Assembly: GCA_963837955.1 (NCBI GenBank)
Contig: CAWIPH010000002.1
Span: forward strand, 1,728,001-1,792,000
Direction: 5' to 3'
Source of the DNA: an uncultured Verrucomicrobiae bacterium
Lineage (GTDB): Bacteria; Verrucomicrobiota; Verrucomicrobiia; Chthoniobacterales; JAFAMB01
DNA: 64,000 nucleotides
In this document: one piece after another, positions 1-10,708 of the stretch
Position numbering within the stretch: position 1 is the first letter of the stretch
How the letters are laid out: each line of letters opens with the position of its first letter
Notes under the pieces: generated by a model
What the model was told of the DNA's origin: nothing
What the model saw: only the letters and a program-made list of their open reading frames with translations
Database searches by the model: none
Position numbers and translations under genes: made by a program

Positions 1-589
1 CGGGATGCTTTTCCAAAAGATACTGTCCGACATTGGTCCACTGCTGGTCGAGCTTCTCCATCTCATCCAATGCTTTCTGGTGTTTTTCGTCGGATGACAT
101 AGCACCCAGATATCGGAGTTCCAGGCTTATCGGTCCCAAGGCGCGTTCCATCTCTTCCCGCAGCGATGGCGGATAGATAAACGCACTTTTTTCCGAAGGC
201 GTGTCCATCCCTGAGATTTGGAATCCGTCGATTTGCTCCGGCGGATAAGTGAAAGGGACGTTAACCGTTCCGACACTAGTTCCTGCCTGGGATAGAAGCC
301 GCCAAATCGTTTGGGTTCGACGGGACCCAGCATTCGAGTAACGCATCGCATAGGTTCCTGGCTGCGGCTCAAGAAAATGAAATATGCCGTGCTTACCTGG
401 ATTCTTGCCGGTCATGAATGAGGTCCAGGCCGGGGGGGTAAGCGGTGGAATCGCGGATTCCAGGCTGCCCGAAACGCCATTACTTATAAGACCGGAAAGA
501 TTCGGCAAGTGCCCTTGCGCCATCCAAGGTCGCATTAAATCCCATGTTGCTGAGTCGAGACCGATTATAAATATTTTTGGCTTTTTCAT
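1..589 (-). CDS. Alkaline-phosphatase-superfamily protein (type I phosphodiesterase/nucleotide pyrophosphatase, COG3379-like); 3' end runs off the window
   Basis: Not in the ORF track. Manual translation from ATG at 589: MKKPKIFIIGLDSATWDLMRPWMAQGHLPNLSGLISNGVSGSLESAIPPLTPPAWTSFMTGKNPGKHGIFHF..., open to position 1. The IGLD and PPxTxPAW..G.NPG.HG motifs match the paralog at 2355. Confidence 0.9.
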   Translation of the reverse strand, partial: MKKPKIFIIGLDSATWDLMRPWMAQGHLPNLSGLISNGVSGSLESAIPPLTPPAWTSFMTGKNPGKHGIFHFLEPQPGTYAMRYSNAGSRRTQTIWRLLSQAGTSVGTVNVPFTYPPEQIDGFQISGMDTPSEKSAFIYPPSLREEMERALGPISLELRYLGAMSSDEKHQKALDEMEKLDQQWTNVGQYLLEKHP

Positions 590-1521
590 ATCATAGTTAT
601 CGAAAGCGAATGCCCTAACAGGCGAGAGGACTCGCCGCGGAAACCCGGTTCATTTCTTCAATACAAGAAGACTGAACGGTTCCCTTATCGCAAGACAATA
701 GCCTAAATGGGAAGCAGCTTTTTCGCAGAACAAACATCTTTTCCGTTATGTCGCAGATGTGATACTGGAGCCGGTTTCTCGCGCTTTCCACGTGCTAGGC
801 TTCTCGGTTTAACATTTTCGCGGTGACTTATTGAACTTAGCGGGGCTATCGAAACGGTGGGCATGATAGCACTGTTAATTCTGCGTATGACTATGGAGTT
901 TATAAAAGCCTCGCGAGGCGATGGACCATTACTTCTGCGACCCGTCCCGGCAAGGGCGAAATTGGACCGAGAAAAGTCCATTAAGACATAGACATATATA
1001 CTTTCGCCTAGCGTTCAACTGAACGGACTTACTAAAGAATACCGAAAAGATAGACATACCTGTTTTCCATATCGACTAACTAAGACTACTGAAATGATAG
1101 AGATAACTACCGGTGTCATCTAACTCGGAGCCGTCTGTAAAACTGGCCAAAGACTACTCAGATAATAGACATTAATTAGTTGTTTTTATCCTCTTGCGTT
1201 GACTACTCAGCACGTGTAAAACCAGCCCGTTGTTAGTAAAAAAGGCTAGATGGCTAGGTATTACAAAAAAGCGTTTACTTATAGGGGTTGGTTGAGGTCG
1301 ATTAGCGATTTTTGCACGATGTAGGCTAAATCGTTACAAGGAAATGCCGATAAACTAAGTCTGAGCGCCTCTGGGGATTAGGGAATCATAGTAGAGATAA
1401 TTTTTTACGATAGAAGCGCAAGTGTGCCTCTATCGAGCGTCCCCCCACTATGAGTAAACGCTAGGCAGAAAAGGGAAGATCTGTCTGTTGTAAGAGCCCA
1501 GGAGGGAACTTAAGTGGAGGG

Positions 1522-2319
1522 TTGAAATTAGTGGATACTTTAACGTTAGTTTTACCAGCATTTAACGAAGAACAAAATATCGCCCTGACGGTTAGCTCAG
1601 CGTGCGAAACTCTGCCGCAGCTCGCGACAGAATGGGAAGTTATCATTGTTAACGACGGCAGTGCCGACCGCACTGGCGAGATTTGTGACCAACTGGCCAG
1701 CGCCAACCCACGGGTACGCGCTATCCATCATGCAACGAATTGCGGGTACGGCGCAGCTCTCAAAAGCGGCATTATTTCAGCAAAGTACGAGCTGATCTTT
1801 TTCACCGATTCCGATGGTCAGTTTACCTTCACGGAATTGCCCGATTTTATCGAGCACGCAAAGCACTTTGACATTGTAGCTGGATATCGCATGAAACGGC
1901 ACGATCCGCCTTACCGGCTGCTCAATGCCTTGGGATGGAAAATGCTCGTCCGTCTTTTGCTCGGGATCAAGATTCGGGATATCGACTGCGCATACAAAGT
2001 GTTTCGGCGGAGAGTATTCGAATGCGTTCAAATCCGGTCGGTGGGTGCGATGGTGAACACCGAGATCCTGGCCCAAGCGATGAGATTTGGCATGCAGGTC
2101 AAGGAGGTGGGAGTGAGCCATTTCCCGAGGCGGTTCGGATCTCCAACCGGAGCGAATATTTTCGTCATTCTCAAGGCTTTTCGCGAACTATTTAAACTCT
2201 GGTGGAAGCTTTTGTTTATCCATCCGGAACAAGAGGGGATCTTTGTCAGGGCCAGAGGGGGCGTAGGGGCTGCCATTTCGCCCGGTGTCGGACAGACCAG
2301 TCAACCTTCGCTCGACTAG
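1522..2319 (+). CDS. Glycosyltransferase family 2 (DPM1/ArnC-like polyprenol-phosphate glycosyltransferase)
   Basis: LVLPAFNEE, IIVNDGSAD, NCGYGAAL, FTDSDGQF and DIDCAYK motifs; TTG start. Confidence 0.9.
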   Translation: MKLVDTLTLVLPAFNEEQNIALTVSSACETLPQLATEWEVIIVNDGSADRTGEICDQLASANPRVRAIHHATNCGYGAALKSGIISAKYELIFFTDSDGQFTFTELPDFIEHAKHFDIVAGYRMKRHDPPYRLLNALGWKMLVRLLLGIKIRDIDCAYKVFRRRVFECVQIRSVGAMVNTEILAQAMRFGMQVKEVGVSHFPRRFGSPTGANIFVILKAFRELFKLWWKLLFIHPEQEGIFVRARGGVGAAISPGVGQTSQPSLD

Positions 2320-2354
2320 GCGTAACCTAGCAGCTTCGACAATCGGAAAATCAC

Positions 2355-3803
2355 ATGCTTCCTAATCAGTGGAATCCTCGTCGGCCCAAAGTCATGGTCA
2401 TTGGTCTTGACTGTGCCGAACCTGATCTTGTGTTCAATCGCTGGCTCGATCAATTGCCAAACCTGCGTTCTCTGGTCGAGGGCGGAGCTTATGGCCGATT
2501 GCGGTCGTGTGATCCGCCGATCACCGTACCGGCCTGGTCAGTGATGATGTCTTCAAAGAGTCCTGGTACCCTGGGTGTCTACGGCTTTCGCAATCGAGCC
2601 AATCGCACTTACGATGGGCACATGATTGCGAATTCCGCCGCGATCAAAGACGACCGGGTATGGGACATTCTTTCCCGTAACGAGAAGCGCGTTATTGTAC
2701 TCGGAGTTCCCCAAACGTTTCCGCCTCAGCCGGTCAACGGGACGCTCGTCGGCGATTTTCTAACGCCGGATACCAAGAGCGACTATACCTACCCATCCGA
2801 ATTCAAAAACGAAATCGCCAAGACGGTGGGAGACTACATTCTCGATGTCCGAGAATTTAGATCAGATAAGAAGGATTATATTCTTAAAGAGATCTATGAA
2901 ATGACGCGGAAGCGTTTTGAATTGGCCCGCCATCTTTTAGCGAAAGACGACTGGGACTATTTCATGATGGTAGAAATAGGCGTTGACCGTATCCATCATG
3001 CTTTCTGGGCGAATATGGACGAAACGCACCGCAAGTATGAGGCGGGCAATCGATTCGAAAGTGCTATTTTTGATTATTACCAATTCGTTGATCAACAAAT
3101 TGGAGAGTTACTGAAATTTGCCGATGATGATACAACCGTTTTTGTTGTTTCGGACCATGGAGCAAAAAAAATGGAAGGTTCGATCTGTATCAACGAGTGG
3201 CTAATTCGAGAAGGGTACCTCACCCTATTGGAAAGGCCGACGACTCCGACCCCGTTTGCAAAGTTAAAGGTTGATTGGTCCCGGACCAAAGCCTGGGGCG
3301 ACGGAGGATATTATTCTCGGATTTTCTTAAACGTTCGTGGTCGTGAACCTCAGGGTACCGTGGATCCAGACGACTATGAACAGCTGCGAACGGAATTAAC
3401 CAAGAAAATAGAAGCGATTCCGGATCAAGACGGACGACCCATTGGAACCAAGGTCCATAAACCCGAGCAGCTTTACAAGATCCGCAACGGAATAGCCCCG
3501 GATCTGCTTGCTTATTTCGGTGACCTTGCTTGGCGCTCCGCCGGGACGGTGGGTGCCAATTGCCTCCACACGCTGGAGAACGATACCGGACCCGATGACG
3601 CCAATCACAGCCAATACGGCATTTTCATTATGAAGCCGGCCGGAGCCGAAAACGGAACCGGGCGTTTAGAAGGTTTAGAAATTCGAGACATGGCGCCCAC
3701 TATTCTAAACCTGTTCGGCTTGCCAATTCCTGCTGATATGGAGGGGAAAGTAATTTCGGCTGCGCCTCCCCTGCAGGAACTGACCGTGGATCATCACAAT
3801 TGA
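2355..3803 (+). CDS. Alkaline-phosphatase-superfamily protein (COG3379-like phosphodiesterase/transferase)
   Basis: VIGLDCA, PPITVPAW (Thr nucleophile), DRIHH, VVSDHG, NH..YGIF and DMAPTIL..G motifs. Confidence 0.9.
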   Translation: MLPNQWNPRRPKVMVIGLDCAEPDLVFNRWLDQLPNLRSLVEGGAYGRLRSCDPPITVPAWSVMMSSKSPGTLGVYGFRNRANRTYDGHMIANSAAIKDDRVWDILSRNEKRVIVLGVPQTFPPQPVNGTLVGDFLTPDTKSDYTYPSEFKNEIAKTVGDYILDVREFRSDKKDYILKEIYEMTRKRFELARHLLAKDDWDYFMMVEIGVDRIHHAFWANMDETHRKYEAGNRFESAIFDYYQFVDQQIGELLKFADDDTTVFVVSDHGAKKMEGSICINEWLIREGYLTLLERPTTPTPFAKLKVDWSRTKAWGDGGYYSRIFLNVRGREPQGTVDPDDYEQLRTELTKKIEAIPDQDGRPIGTKVHKPEQLYKIRNGIAPDLLAYFGDLAWRSAGTVGANCLHTLENDTGPDDANHSQYGIFIMKPAGAENGTGRLEGLEIRDMAPTILNLFGLPIPADMEGKVISAAPPLQELTVDHHN

Positions 3804-3950
3804 TTGATTCAGAATACGCCCGACCCTCAATCAATTTTTTAACGAGCCGTGTTACCAAGGCTTCCGGACAACAGACGCGCTTAAACACAGATCTCTGACC
3901 GGTGGCAAACGTTGACCGATGGGAACAGGCATAAGGCAAAACATCCAGAA

Positions 3951-4778
3951 ATGAACTCGAACTCGACCTACACGCATCTCGACGCCCTGGAAGATCAGAG
4001 CGTCTACATATTAAGGGAGGCTTACCGAAAGTTTAAGCCGCTGGCAATGCTATGGAGCATCGGAAAAGATTCTTCCGTAATGCTGTGGTTATTGCGGAAG
4101 GCATTTTTTGGGCACATTCCGATTCCGTGCGTGCACGTCGACACGAGCTATAAGATTCCGGAGATGATTGAGTTCCGGGATCGGTTGGCAAAGGAATGGG
4201 GCATGGATCTCGTTGTCGGCCAGAACCGGGCGGTTTTAGATGCGGGCGGGACCTTTCCGAACGGGCGAATTACCCGGGTAGAATGTTGCAGTCTGCTCAA
4301 GAAAGATGCGTTGCAGACGATCATTGAGGAAAAAGGTTATCAAGCGGTGATCGTAGGAATTCGGCGGGATGAGGAGGGGACTCGAGCTAAAGAGCGGTAT
4401 TTTTCTCCGCGCGACAAGAATTTCGAGTGGAACTTTAAGGACCAGCCGCCGGAGCTATGGGATCAATTCAAGACTGACTTTGATCCTGGGACCCACATTC
4501 GGATTCATCCCTTACTCCACTGGACGGAATTGAACGTCTGGGAATATATCGACCGAGAAGGCATACCGATAGTGGATCTTTATTTTTCGAAGAACGGTAT
4601 GAGGTACCGGAGTCTAGGTTGCGCTCCGTGCACCAAACCGATTCAATCCGCGGCGAGTAATGTACCGGAGATCATCGAGGAGCTACGGGAAACGAGAATC
4701 TCCGAAAGGAGCACGCGGGCGCAGGATCAAGAAGCGGAAGATGCTTTCGAGCGACTTCGAGCCAGTGGCTATATGTAG
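3951..4778 (+). CDS. cysD: Sulfate adenylyltransferase subunit 2
   Basis: SIGKDS PP-loop, [35 protein letters not shown] at 3951 preferred to TTG at 3912. Confidence 0.95.
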   Translation: MNSNSTYTHLDALEDQSVYILREAYRKFKPLAMLWSIGKDSSVMLWLLRKAFFGHIPIPCVHVDTSYKIPEMIEFRDRLAKEWGMDLVVGQNRAVLDAGGTFPNGRITRVECCSLLKKDALQTIIEEKGYQAVIVGIRRDEEGTRAKERYFSPRDKNFEWNFKDQPPELWDQFKTDFDPGTHIRIHPLLHWTELNVWEYIDREGIPIVDLYFSKNGMRYRSLGCAPCTKPIQSAASNVPEIIEELRETRISERSTRAQDQEAEDAFERLRASGYM

Positions 4779-4900
4779 AATTTTCGGTGTATGCGATTTT
4801 TGAGTTTCGTTTGGATCTAGTACGTCATGAGAATATCGATTTGCGCCAAGATGATAGAACGCCATATCGGGATGAGTGAGGACATTTAGGGGGGATAACC

Positions 4901-6844
4901 GTGTTTACAGAGTCACCAACTTCGCCAATACAAAACATAAAAGTTGACGCTGGAGACGGCGGCCCAAACGGGCGCCCTCTTCGCATAGTCATCGTCGGTC
5001 ACGTCGATCACGGGAAGTCGACGTTGGTAGGCCGCCTACTGCATGACACTGGATCGCTCCCGGAAGGAAAGTTTGAGCAGATTCAAGCGGTTTGCCAACG
5101 CCGTGGGATGCCGTTCGAATGGGCATTTTTGATGGACGCTCTGCAGGCCGAGCGCGACCAAAACATCACGATCGACGTCTCGCAGATTTGGTTCCATTCG
5201 GCGACGCGATCGTACGTTATTATCGACGCCCCGGGCCACAAAGAGTTTTTGAAAAACATGGTTACGGGCGCGGCGACCGCAGATGCTGCTGTCCTCTTGA
5301 TCGCGGCAAATGAAGGCATTCAAGAACAGAGCAAACGCCATGCATATTTGTTGAGCATGCTGGGAGTCGATAAGGTCGTAGTCCTAGTCAGCAAAATGGA
5401 CATTGTCGGCTATTCCAACTCGGTCTTTCAGGAGATCGAGACTGCGTATCGCGAATTTTTAGCAAAGCTAGGCGTTCGGCCCTTGATGTTCATTCCGATC
5501 TCGGCCCGCGACGGCACGAACCTGGTTGAACCAACCGGCGCCTTAATGGATTGGTATACTGGACCTAGCCTAATGCAGGCGCTGGACCAATTGCCTGCTC
5601 CGTGTCCGGATGCCGATGGTCCACTCCGGTTCGCTGTACAGGAGGTGTATCGTTTTGATGAGCGGAGGATTGTGGCCGGCCGAATTGAGTCTGGGACAAT
5701 CCGGGTCGGTGATTCTATTGTCTTTGCGCCCAACAACAAAGCTTCGATTGTCGCCTCGATTGAGCGATGGAAAGCCCCAGCCCGAGAGAGTGCCTCTGCT
5801 GGAGAGTCGATCGGAATCACGCTGACAGAACAAATCTTTGTCGAGCGAGGTCATATTGGATCGCATGATGTTCAGACGCCAATTGACACGAACCGCTTTC
5901 GAGCGCGCGTTTTCTGGATGGGAGAACAACCCCTTTCAGTGGGCAAGCGGTACAAAGTGAAGTTGATGACGCAGGAGGTCGAATGCCAAGTGGTATCGGT
6001 CGACCGGACGATCGACGCGATATCCTTAGACACAACTTCCGGGCTGCGACGATCTGTCGGCAAAAATGAGGTGGCCCAGGTAACGATTCAGGCGCGGGCA
6101 CCGCTGGTCATGGATAATTACGACAGAATCGCACCCAGTGGGCGGTTCGTCATTGTTGACGAGCGGGATGTGGCAGGTGGCGGAATCATTTTCGGTGGAA
6201 CTTATGTCGATCGCGGGCACATCCAGAGCACGAACATTTATTGGTCGGAGAGCACAATCGACCACAAAGTTCGTGCGCAAAGAAATGGCCATCGAGGTAT
6301 GGTCGTTTGGTTGACTGGCCTATCTGGCTCCGGAAAGTCGACGTTAGCCCGGGCTCTCGAGACACAATTGTTCCACCGGCAAATGCAAGTCTACGTCTTG
6401 GACGGAGACAACATTCGCCATGGGTTAAATTCAAATCTCGGATTCTCGCATGACGATCGGGTGGAGAACATTCGGCGCGTCGCCGAAGTGGCTAACCTGA
6501 TGGCGGATTCGGGGATGATTGTAATCACCTCTTTTATTTCGCCGTACCGTCTAGATCGGTTACGTGCTCGAGAGATCGTTTTGAGCGGCGATGTAGAATT
6601 CGTCGAAGCGTATGTTGCTGCTCCCTTGCAGGTCTGCGAAGAACGGGATCCGAAGAAGCTTTATAAGCGCGCACGCTCGGGTGAAATCAAAAATTTTACA
6701 GGAATAGACGCCCCTTACGAGGCTCCGGAAAGCCCGGAAATTACGATTCATACCGACCGAGAAGCCATCAAGGAATCGACCGCTCGCCTGCTAGAGTTTT
6801 TGATTCCGAGAGTGCAAATAGACCCGACGGAGTCCGAGCTCTAA
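4901..6844 (+). CDS. cysNC: Bifunctional sulfate adenylyltransferase subunit 1 / adenylyl-sulfate kinase
   Basis: GHVDHGKST and DAPGH GTPase motifs; C-terminal APS kinase with [19 protein letters not shown] and FTGIDAPYE. Confidence 0.95.
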   Translation: MFTESPTSPIQNIKVDAGDGGPNGRPLRIVIVGHVDHGKSTLVGRLLHDTGSLPEGKFEQIQAVCQRRGMPFEWAFLMDALQAERDQNITIDVSQIWFHSATRSYVIIDAPGHKEFLKNMVTGAATADAAVLLIAANEGIQEQSKRHAYLLSMLGVDKVVVLVSKMDIVGYSNSVFQEIETAYREFLAKLGVRPLMFIPISARDGTNLVEPTGALMDWYTGPSLMQALDQLPAPCPDADGPLRFAVQEVYRFDERRIVAGRIESGTIRVGDSIVFAPNNKASIVASIERWKAPARESASAGESIGITLTEQIFVERGHIGSHDVQTPIDTNRFRARVFWMGEQPLSVGKRYKVKLMTQEVECQVVSVDRTIDAISLDTTSGLRRSVGKNEVAQVTIQARAPLVMDNYDRIAPSGRFVIVDERDVAGGGIIFGGTYVDRGHIQSTNIYWSESTIDHKVRAQRNGHRGMVVWLTGLSGSGKSTLARALETQLFHRQMQVYVLDGDNIRHGLNSNLGFSHDDRVENIRRVAEVANLMADSGMIVITSFISPYRLDRLRAREIVLSGDVEFVEAYVAAPLQVCEERDPKKLYKRARSGEIKNFTGIDAPYEAPESPEITIHTDREAIKESTARLLEFLIPRVQIDPTESEL

Positions 6845-6864
6845 CCCTCTATTCGTCATTGGCC

Positions 6865-6904
6865 CTACCTTGGCCATAGAGCTGGCCAAGGTAGTTGCCT
6901 TTTA
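6865..6904 (+). terminator. Probable intrinsic terminator after cysNC
   Basis: 12-bp stem CTACCTTGGCCA/TGGCCAAGGTAG followed by TTGCCTTTT. Confidence 0.55.
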
Positions 6905-7024
6905 TGCATAGGTAGTCGAGGTCCAGCGATAAGCACGCTGATCAAAGTCGCTGCATATCCGGTGTGCTGACTCGAACCTGACTTGGGAATTCCGTCTATC
7001 TGCCGGTCAGTTTTCTATCTACGT

Positions 7025-7071
7025 CCCGGGGTTAAAACGCCGGGCTGAGTCCTCTTCCCCCTTCGGGGGAC
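7025..7071. repeat. REP-like palindromic repeat (family A, uninterrupted arm)
   Basis: CCCGGGGTTAAAACGCCGGGCTGAGTCCTCTTCCCCCTTCGGGGGAC; related to 57125-57412 and to the split copy at 61610-61649/62155-62177. Confidence 0.75.
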
Positions 7072-7244
7072 GGTCTGCTCTTCCGCGGTTCTTGCGGTTT
7101 GCGATTGCCTCCGGGCCTGGCATTTCAAATCGCCCAATGGCGATTCGTCTAATAATTCCTCATGGCTTTTCTGGCAGGCTCAAGCTAAGGACAAGTGCCG
7201 ATTGGTGAAATCGTTAGCACCGAAGTTAAAACCGGCCAAGCCCG

Positions 7245-9392
7245 ATGCCTAAGAGAATTCAAGTCGACATCGCTGGAACGCGCCTCGAACTTTCGAACTT
7301 AGAAAAAGTCTTCTATCCAAAGGTCGGATTCACCAAGGCACAGGTGATCGACTATTACGTTCGAGTCGCTCCTGCGCTTCTGCCGCACCTCAAAGACCGG
7401 CCGGTCAGCCTTAAGCGTTATCCGGACGGAGTAACCGGGCCCTATTTTTTCGAGAAACAGGCTCCATCGCACCGACCCGCCTGGATCGAAACAACGCCCG
7501 TCCAAAGCGAACACAGGCGGATCGACTATTGCATGATTAACAGTCTGCCGGCTCTCGTGTGGGCGAGTAACTTGGCAAACTTAGAGCTGCATACTTTTCT
7601 CCACCGGGCACCTAAAATTACTGTGCCGACCATGTTAGCGTTTGATCTCGATCCCGGGGAAGGAGCAGACATTCTGCTTTGCTCTCAAGTTGGGATCTGG
7701 ATTCGAGATCTTTTGAACGACCTCGAAATTGCCTCGTTTCCAAAGACATCGGGATCCAAGGGTCTACAGCTTTACGTGCCGCTGAATAGCCCGACTACGT
7801 ATGAAAAGACCAAGACGTTCGCCCGGGCGCTTGCTCAGCGGCTCGAAAGTGAACACCCAGAACAGGTGGTTTCCCAAATGCAAAAGAAGCTGCGGGTTGG
7901 GAAAGTCTTTGTGGATTGGAGCCAGAACGATGAGCATAAAACCACGGTTACCGTCTATTCACTGCGAGCTAAAGATCGGCCGACGGTCTCGACGCCGGTC
8001 ACATGGGAAGAAATTGAGGTAGCTCTACGGAAAAAAGATCCTAACCTCCTGGTTTTTGAATCTCACGAAGTATTGGATCGGGTCGAAAAAAACGGTGACT
8101 TATTTGAGCCCGTGCTCAAGCTCAAGCAAAAACTACCCTCTCTCAAGGCCCTCCTTGGGAGTGAGCGCAGCTCGGCCGATAAGTCCTCGAGCATAGTGCG
8201 AAAGACGCCCAACGAGTCAGGTCGGACCGGACGTGCACCCGCCGCATCGCGGGGTGGAGCTAAGCCAGCTAAAAGAAAGAGCGGGCGTCAGAGCGCAAAG
8301 CTGATGCATTCTCCCAAAGGAAACGAGTCGCCGTTATCCAAAGCAAAAGACGAGTGGACCAGCCAGAAAGAGGTTATTACTCAAGACCGTTCGATCCTAA
8401 CTGGCAAGCGAATCGAAGAATACAAAAACCCAGGTGCTCTAGTCGCCAGACGCCGCGTTTCGGCCGATACAACGGCGCTCCGCGAGCTTCGGCCCATGTT
8501 GGCCAAGAGCACGGATGCAGCTTTTGACGATGCGGAGTGGATCTTCGAGCTTAAGCTCGACGGCTATCGAGCGCTCGCATTTGTTGATCGGTTAGGTGCT
8601 CGACTCATTTCCCGAACCGGCAACGACCTTAGCTCAGCTTACCCTGCAATTATCGACGAACTTGCTGCCTCGCGGGTGACCGCCATTTTTGACGGCGAGA
8701 TTGTGGTGTTGGATGAGGACGGCATTCCGGGATTTGAGCTGCTCCAAAATTATCGGAAAGTTCATCAAGGTCATTTGGTCTATTACGTTTTTGATCTTTT
8801 GTTTCTCAATGGGCGCGATTTGCGAGATCGATCGTTAATCGAACGTAAAAAAACTTTGCAGCGGATCCTGAATGTTTCGGAAATTGTCCGATACGTCGAT
8901 CACGTGGATGGGACTGGAAAAAAGTTCTTCAACCTCGCCAAGGAGAGGGGCCTTGAGGGAATCATAGCTAAGAGAAAAACAGCGGTCTATCTCAATGGCA
9001 AACGGGGTGATCATTGGCTCAAGATCAAGTGCCGTCCAGTTCAAGAAGCAATCCTCTGCGGGTTCACCGAAAGTCGCGTGAATCAAAATAGCCTTGGAGC
9101 CTTGCTCCTTGGTGTGCATGAAGGCGCGGAACTGAAGTATGCCGGGCTGGTTGGCACGGGCCTAAACCGGGCTCCGGGCCTGATTACGAAGCTCAGGAAA
9201 CTCGTCGCCCGAAAGCGCCCATTCAAAACCATTCCAAAAACCGACATGCCCATTTATTGGGTCGAGCCTACGCTGGTCTGTTCAGTCGAGTTTCATGAAT
9301 GGACGAAAGACGGCATCTTGCGGGGAGCGTCATTTCTATCGCTTCGCTCGGACAAACCGGCTGCCGAAGTCCTGCGCGAACGTGGTGAATAG
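7245..9392 (+). CDS. ligD: NHEJ DNA ligase D (polymerase domain + ATP-dependent ligase domain)
   Basis: N-terminal AEP primase-polymerase (RYPDG, FDLDPG, KTSGSKG, VDWSQN); ligase motifs ELKLDGYR, DGEIV, FDLL, EGIIAK, WLKIK. Confidence 0.93.
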   Translation: MPKRIQVDIAGTRLELSNLEKVFYPKVGFTKAQVIDYYVRVAPALLPHLKDRPVSLKRYPDGVTGPYFFEKQAPSHRPAWIETTPVQSEHRRIDYCMINSLPALVWASNLANLELHTFLHRAPKITVPTMLAFDLDPGEGADILLCSQVGIWIRDLLNDLEIASFPKTSGSKGLQLYVPLNSPTTYEKTKTFARALAQRLESEHPEQVVSQMQKKLRVGKVFVDWSQNDEHKTTVTVYSLRAKDRPTVSTPVTWEEIEVALRKKDPNLLVFESHEVLDRVEKNGDLFEPVLKLKQKLPSLKALLGSERSSADKSSSIVRKTPNESGRTGRAPAASRGGAKPAKRKSGRQSAKLMHSPKGNESPLSKAKDEWTSQKEVITQDRSILTGKRIEEYKNPGALVARRRVSADTTALRELRPMLAKSTDAAFDDAEWIFELKLDGYRALAFVDRLGARLISRTGNDLSSAYPAIIDELAASRVTAIFDGEIVVLDEDGIPGFELLQNYRKVHQGHLVYYVFDLLFLNGRDLRDRSLIERKKTLQRILNVSEIVRYVDHVDGTGKKFFNLAKERGLEGIIAKRKTAVYLNGKRGDHWLKIKCRPVQEAILCGFTESRVNQNSLGALLLGVHEGAELKYAGLVGTGLNRAPGLITKLRKLVARKRPFKTIPKTDMPIYWVEPTLVCSVEFHEWTKDGILRGASFLSLRSDKPAAEVLRERGE

Positions 9393-9448
9393 TTGACCGC
9401 CCAGACTGAAGCCTGAGCTAGCTTTCCGCTGCGCTGGTCATCGGACCT

Positions 9449-9805
9449 TCACGTACCGTACATATAAGCGGGATCAAAACGCAGCGGCCGGGAAGTGAAT
9501 TTTATCTTTCTAAATGGCCCCTTGTGTCCGTTGCATGCCCCGCAGCGAATGCTCTCGGTTCTCAGTTCGCTCGCAACGATCACGCCATCACCATCGCACT
9601 CTTGACACAGCTCGGAGGCTTCGATGTTGACGACATGCCGATAAAGATCTCGCTGGTGCTCCGCTTCGTGTAATGCACCGCCCTCGCACTCTTCGCGGGT
9701 ATCAGCTGACCCGATGACGGCATAGATCGAGCCGCTTTCGATGTCTTGGCATTCAACGATGTATCGCCACCTCGTGGGAGCACTAATGTGGATCATAACC
9801 TGCAT
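9449..9805 (-). CDS. Small hypothetical protein with a DnaJ-type zinc finger
   Basis: CQECDGDG and CGACNGHK motifs; fills the gap between ligD and ku. Confidence 0.55.
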   Translation of the reverse strand: MQVMIHISAPTRWRYIVECQDIESGSIYAVIGSADTREECEGGALHEAEHQRDLYRHVVNIEASELCQECDGDGVIVASELRTESIRCGACNGHKGPFRKIKFTSRPLRFDPAYMYGT

Positions 9806-9925
9806 ATTGTAGTAGACAGACTAAGGAAACACAAGATATTGTGTTCGTATTTTCGAGAAAAAAGATGCATCCGAGGCGCAATTGTATTACGAATAGGTAA
9901 GCACCTAATAATCAGGGCCTTACCT

Positions 9926-10708
9926 ATGAAATCTATTTGGAAAGGCGCAATCAGCTTTGGTTTGGTAAACATTCCCGTTCGCCTCTACTCGGCCACCGAA
10001 CGGGAAACTGTGGCGTTTCACATGCTCTCCAAGAGGGATAATTCTCGGATCCGATTCTTGAGAGTATCTGAAGCGAGCGGCAAGGAAGTCCCGTACGAAG
10101 AAATCGTTAAGGGCTACGAACTGGAAGACGGCGGTTACATCGTTCTTACTGACGAGGAATTGGCCGAGGCTGCGCCTGAAAAATCAGGCACAATAGAGAT
10201 CCAGGAGTTTGTGGACGAGTCTGAGATTTCCAGTTTGTACTTCGATAAGCCCTACTACCTGGAGCCGGACAAGACTGCAGCGAAAGCATACGCCCTTCTG
10301 CGCGACGCATTGGCGAAAAGTGGCAAGGTGGGGATTTCCCAATTTGTACTGCGCAACCGGGAGCATCTTTGTGCGCTGAAAGCCATGGACGAGGTTCTCG
10401 TCTTGAATGCTCTCCGTTTCTCTTCGGAGATCAGAGCCGCTTCCGAGCTGGCCCTTCCCAAAAAGGAGAAAGTCTCTCAAAGCGAGCTATCTCTCGCGCT
10501 CAAACTGGTTGAGGGCCTGAGCGATAAATTCGATCCAAAGAAATACAAGGACACCTATACCGAAGAGGTTCGAAAACTGATCGACGCAAAGGCTAAGGGC
10601 CAAAAAATCAAGGCACCTGCCAAGGCCGCACCCTCCACCAAGGTGATCGATCTCACGGCTGCACTCAAAGAAAGTCTGAAAACGCCCAAGAAGAAACGAG
10701 TGGCTTAA
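9926..10708 (+). CDS. ku: NHEJ Ku protein
   Basis: MKSIWKGAISFGLVNIPVRLY, IVKGYE, PYYLEP, basic C-terminal tail; true start is the ATG at 9926. Confidence 0.96.
   Translation: MKSIWKGAISFGLVNIPVRLYSATERETVAFHMLSKRDNSRIRFLRVSEASGKEVPYEEIVKGYELEDGGYIVLTDEELAEAAPEKSGTIEIQEFVDESEISSLYFDKPYYLEPDKTAAKAYALLRDALAKSGKVGISQFVLRNREHLCALKAMDEVLVLNALRFSSEIRAASELALPKKEKVSQSELSLALKLVEGLSDKFDPKKYKDTYTEEVRKLIDAKAKGQKIKAPAKAAPSTKVIDLTAALKESLKTPKKKRVA

Noticed and set aside
703..981. 92-aa ORF in the divergent intergenic region
   Set aside because: No recognisable motif and atypical composition; not supportable.
5385..5402. CysN G4 motif reads SKMD instead of NKMD
   Set aside because: Single substitution with all other motifs intact; not enough to call loss of function.
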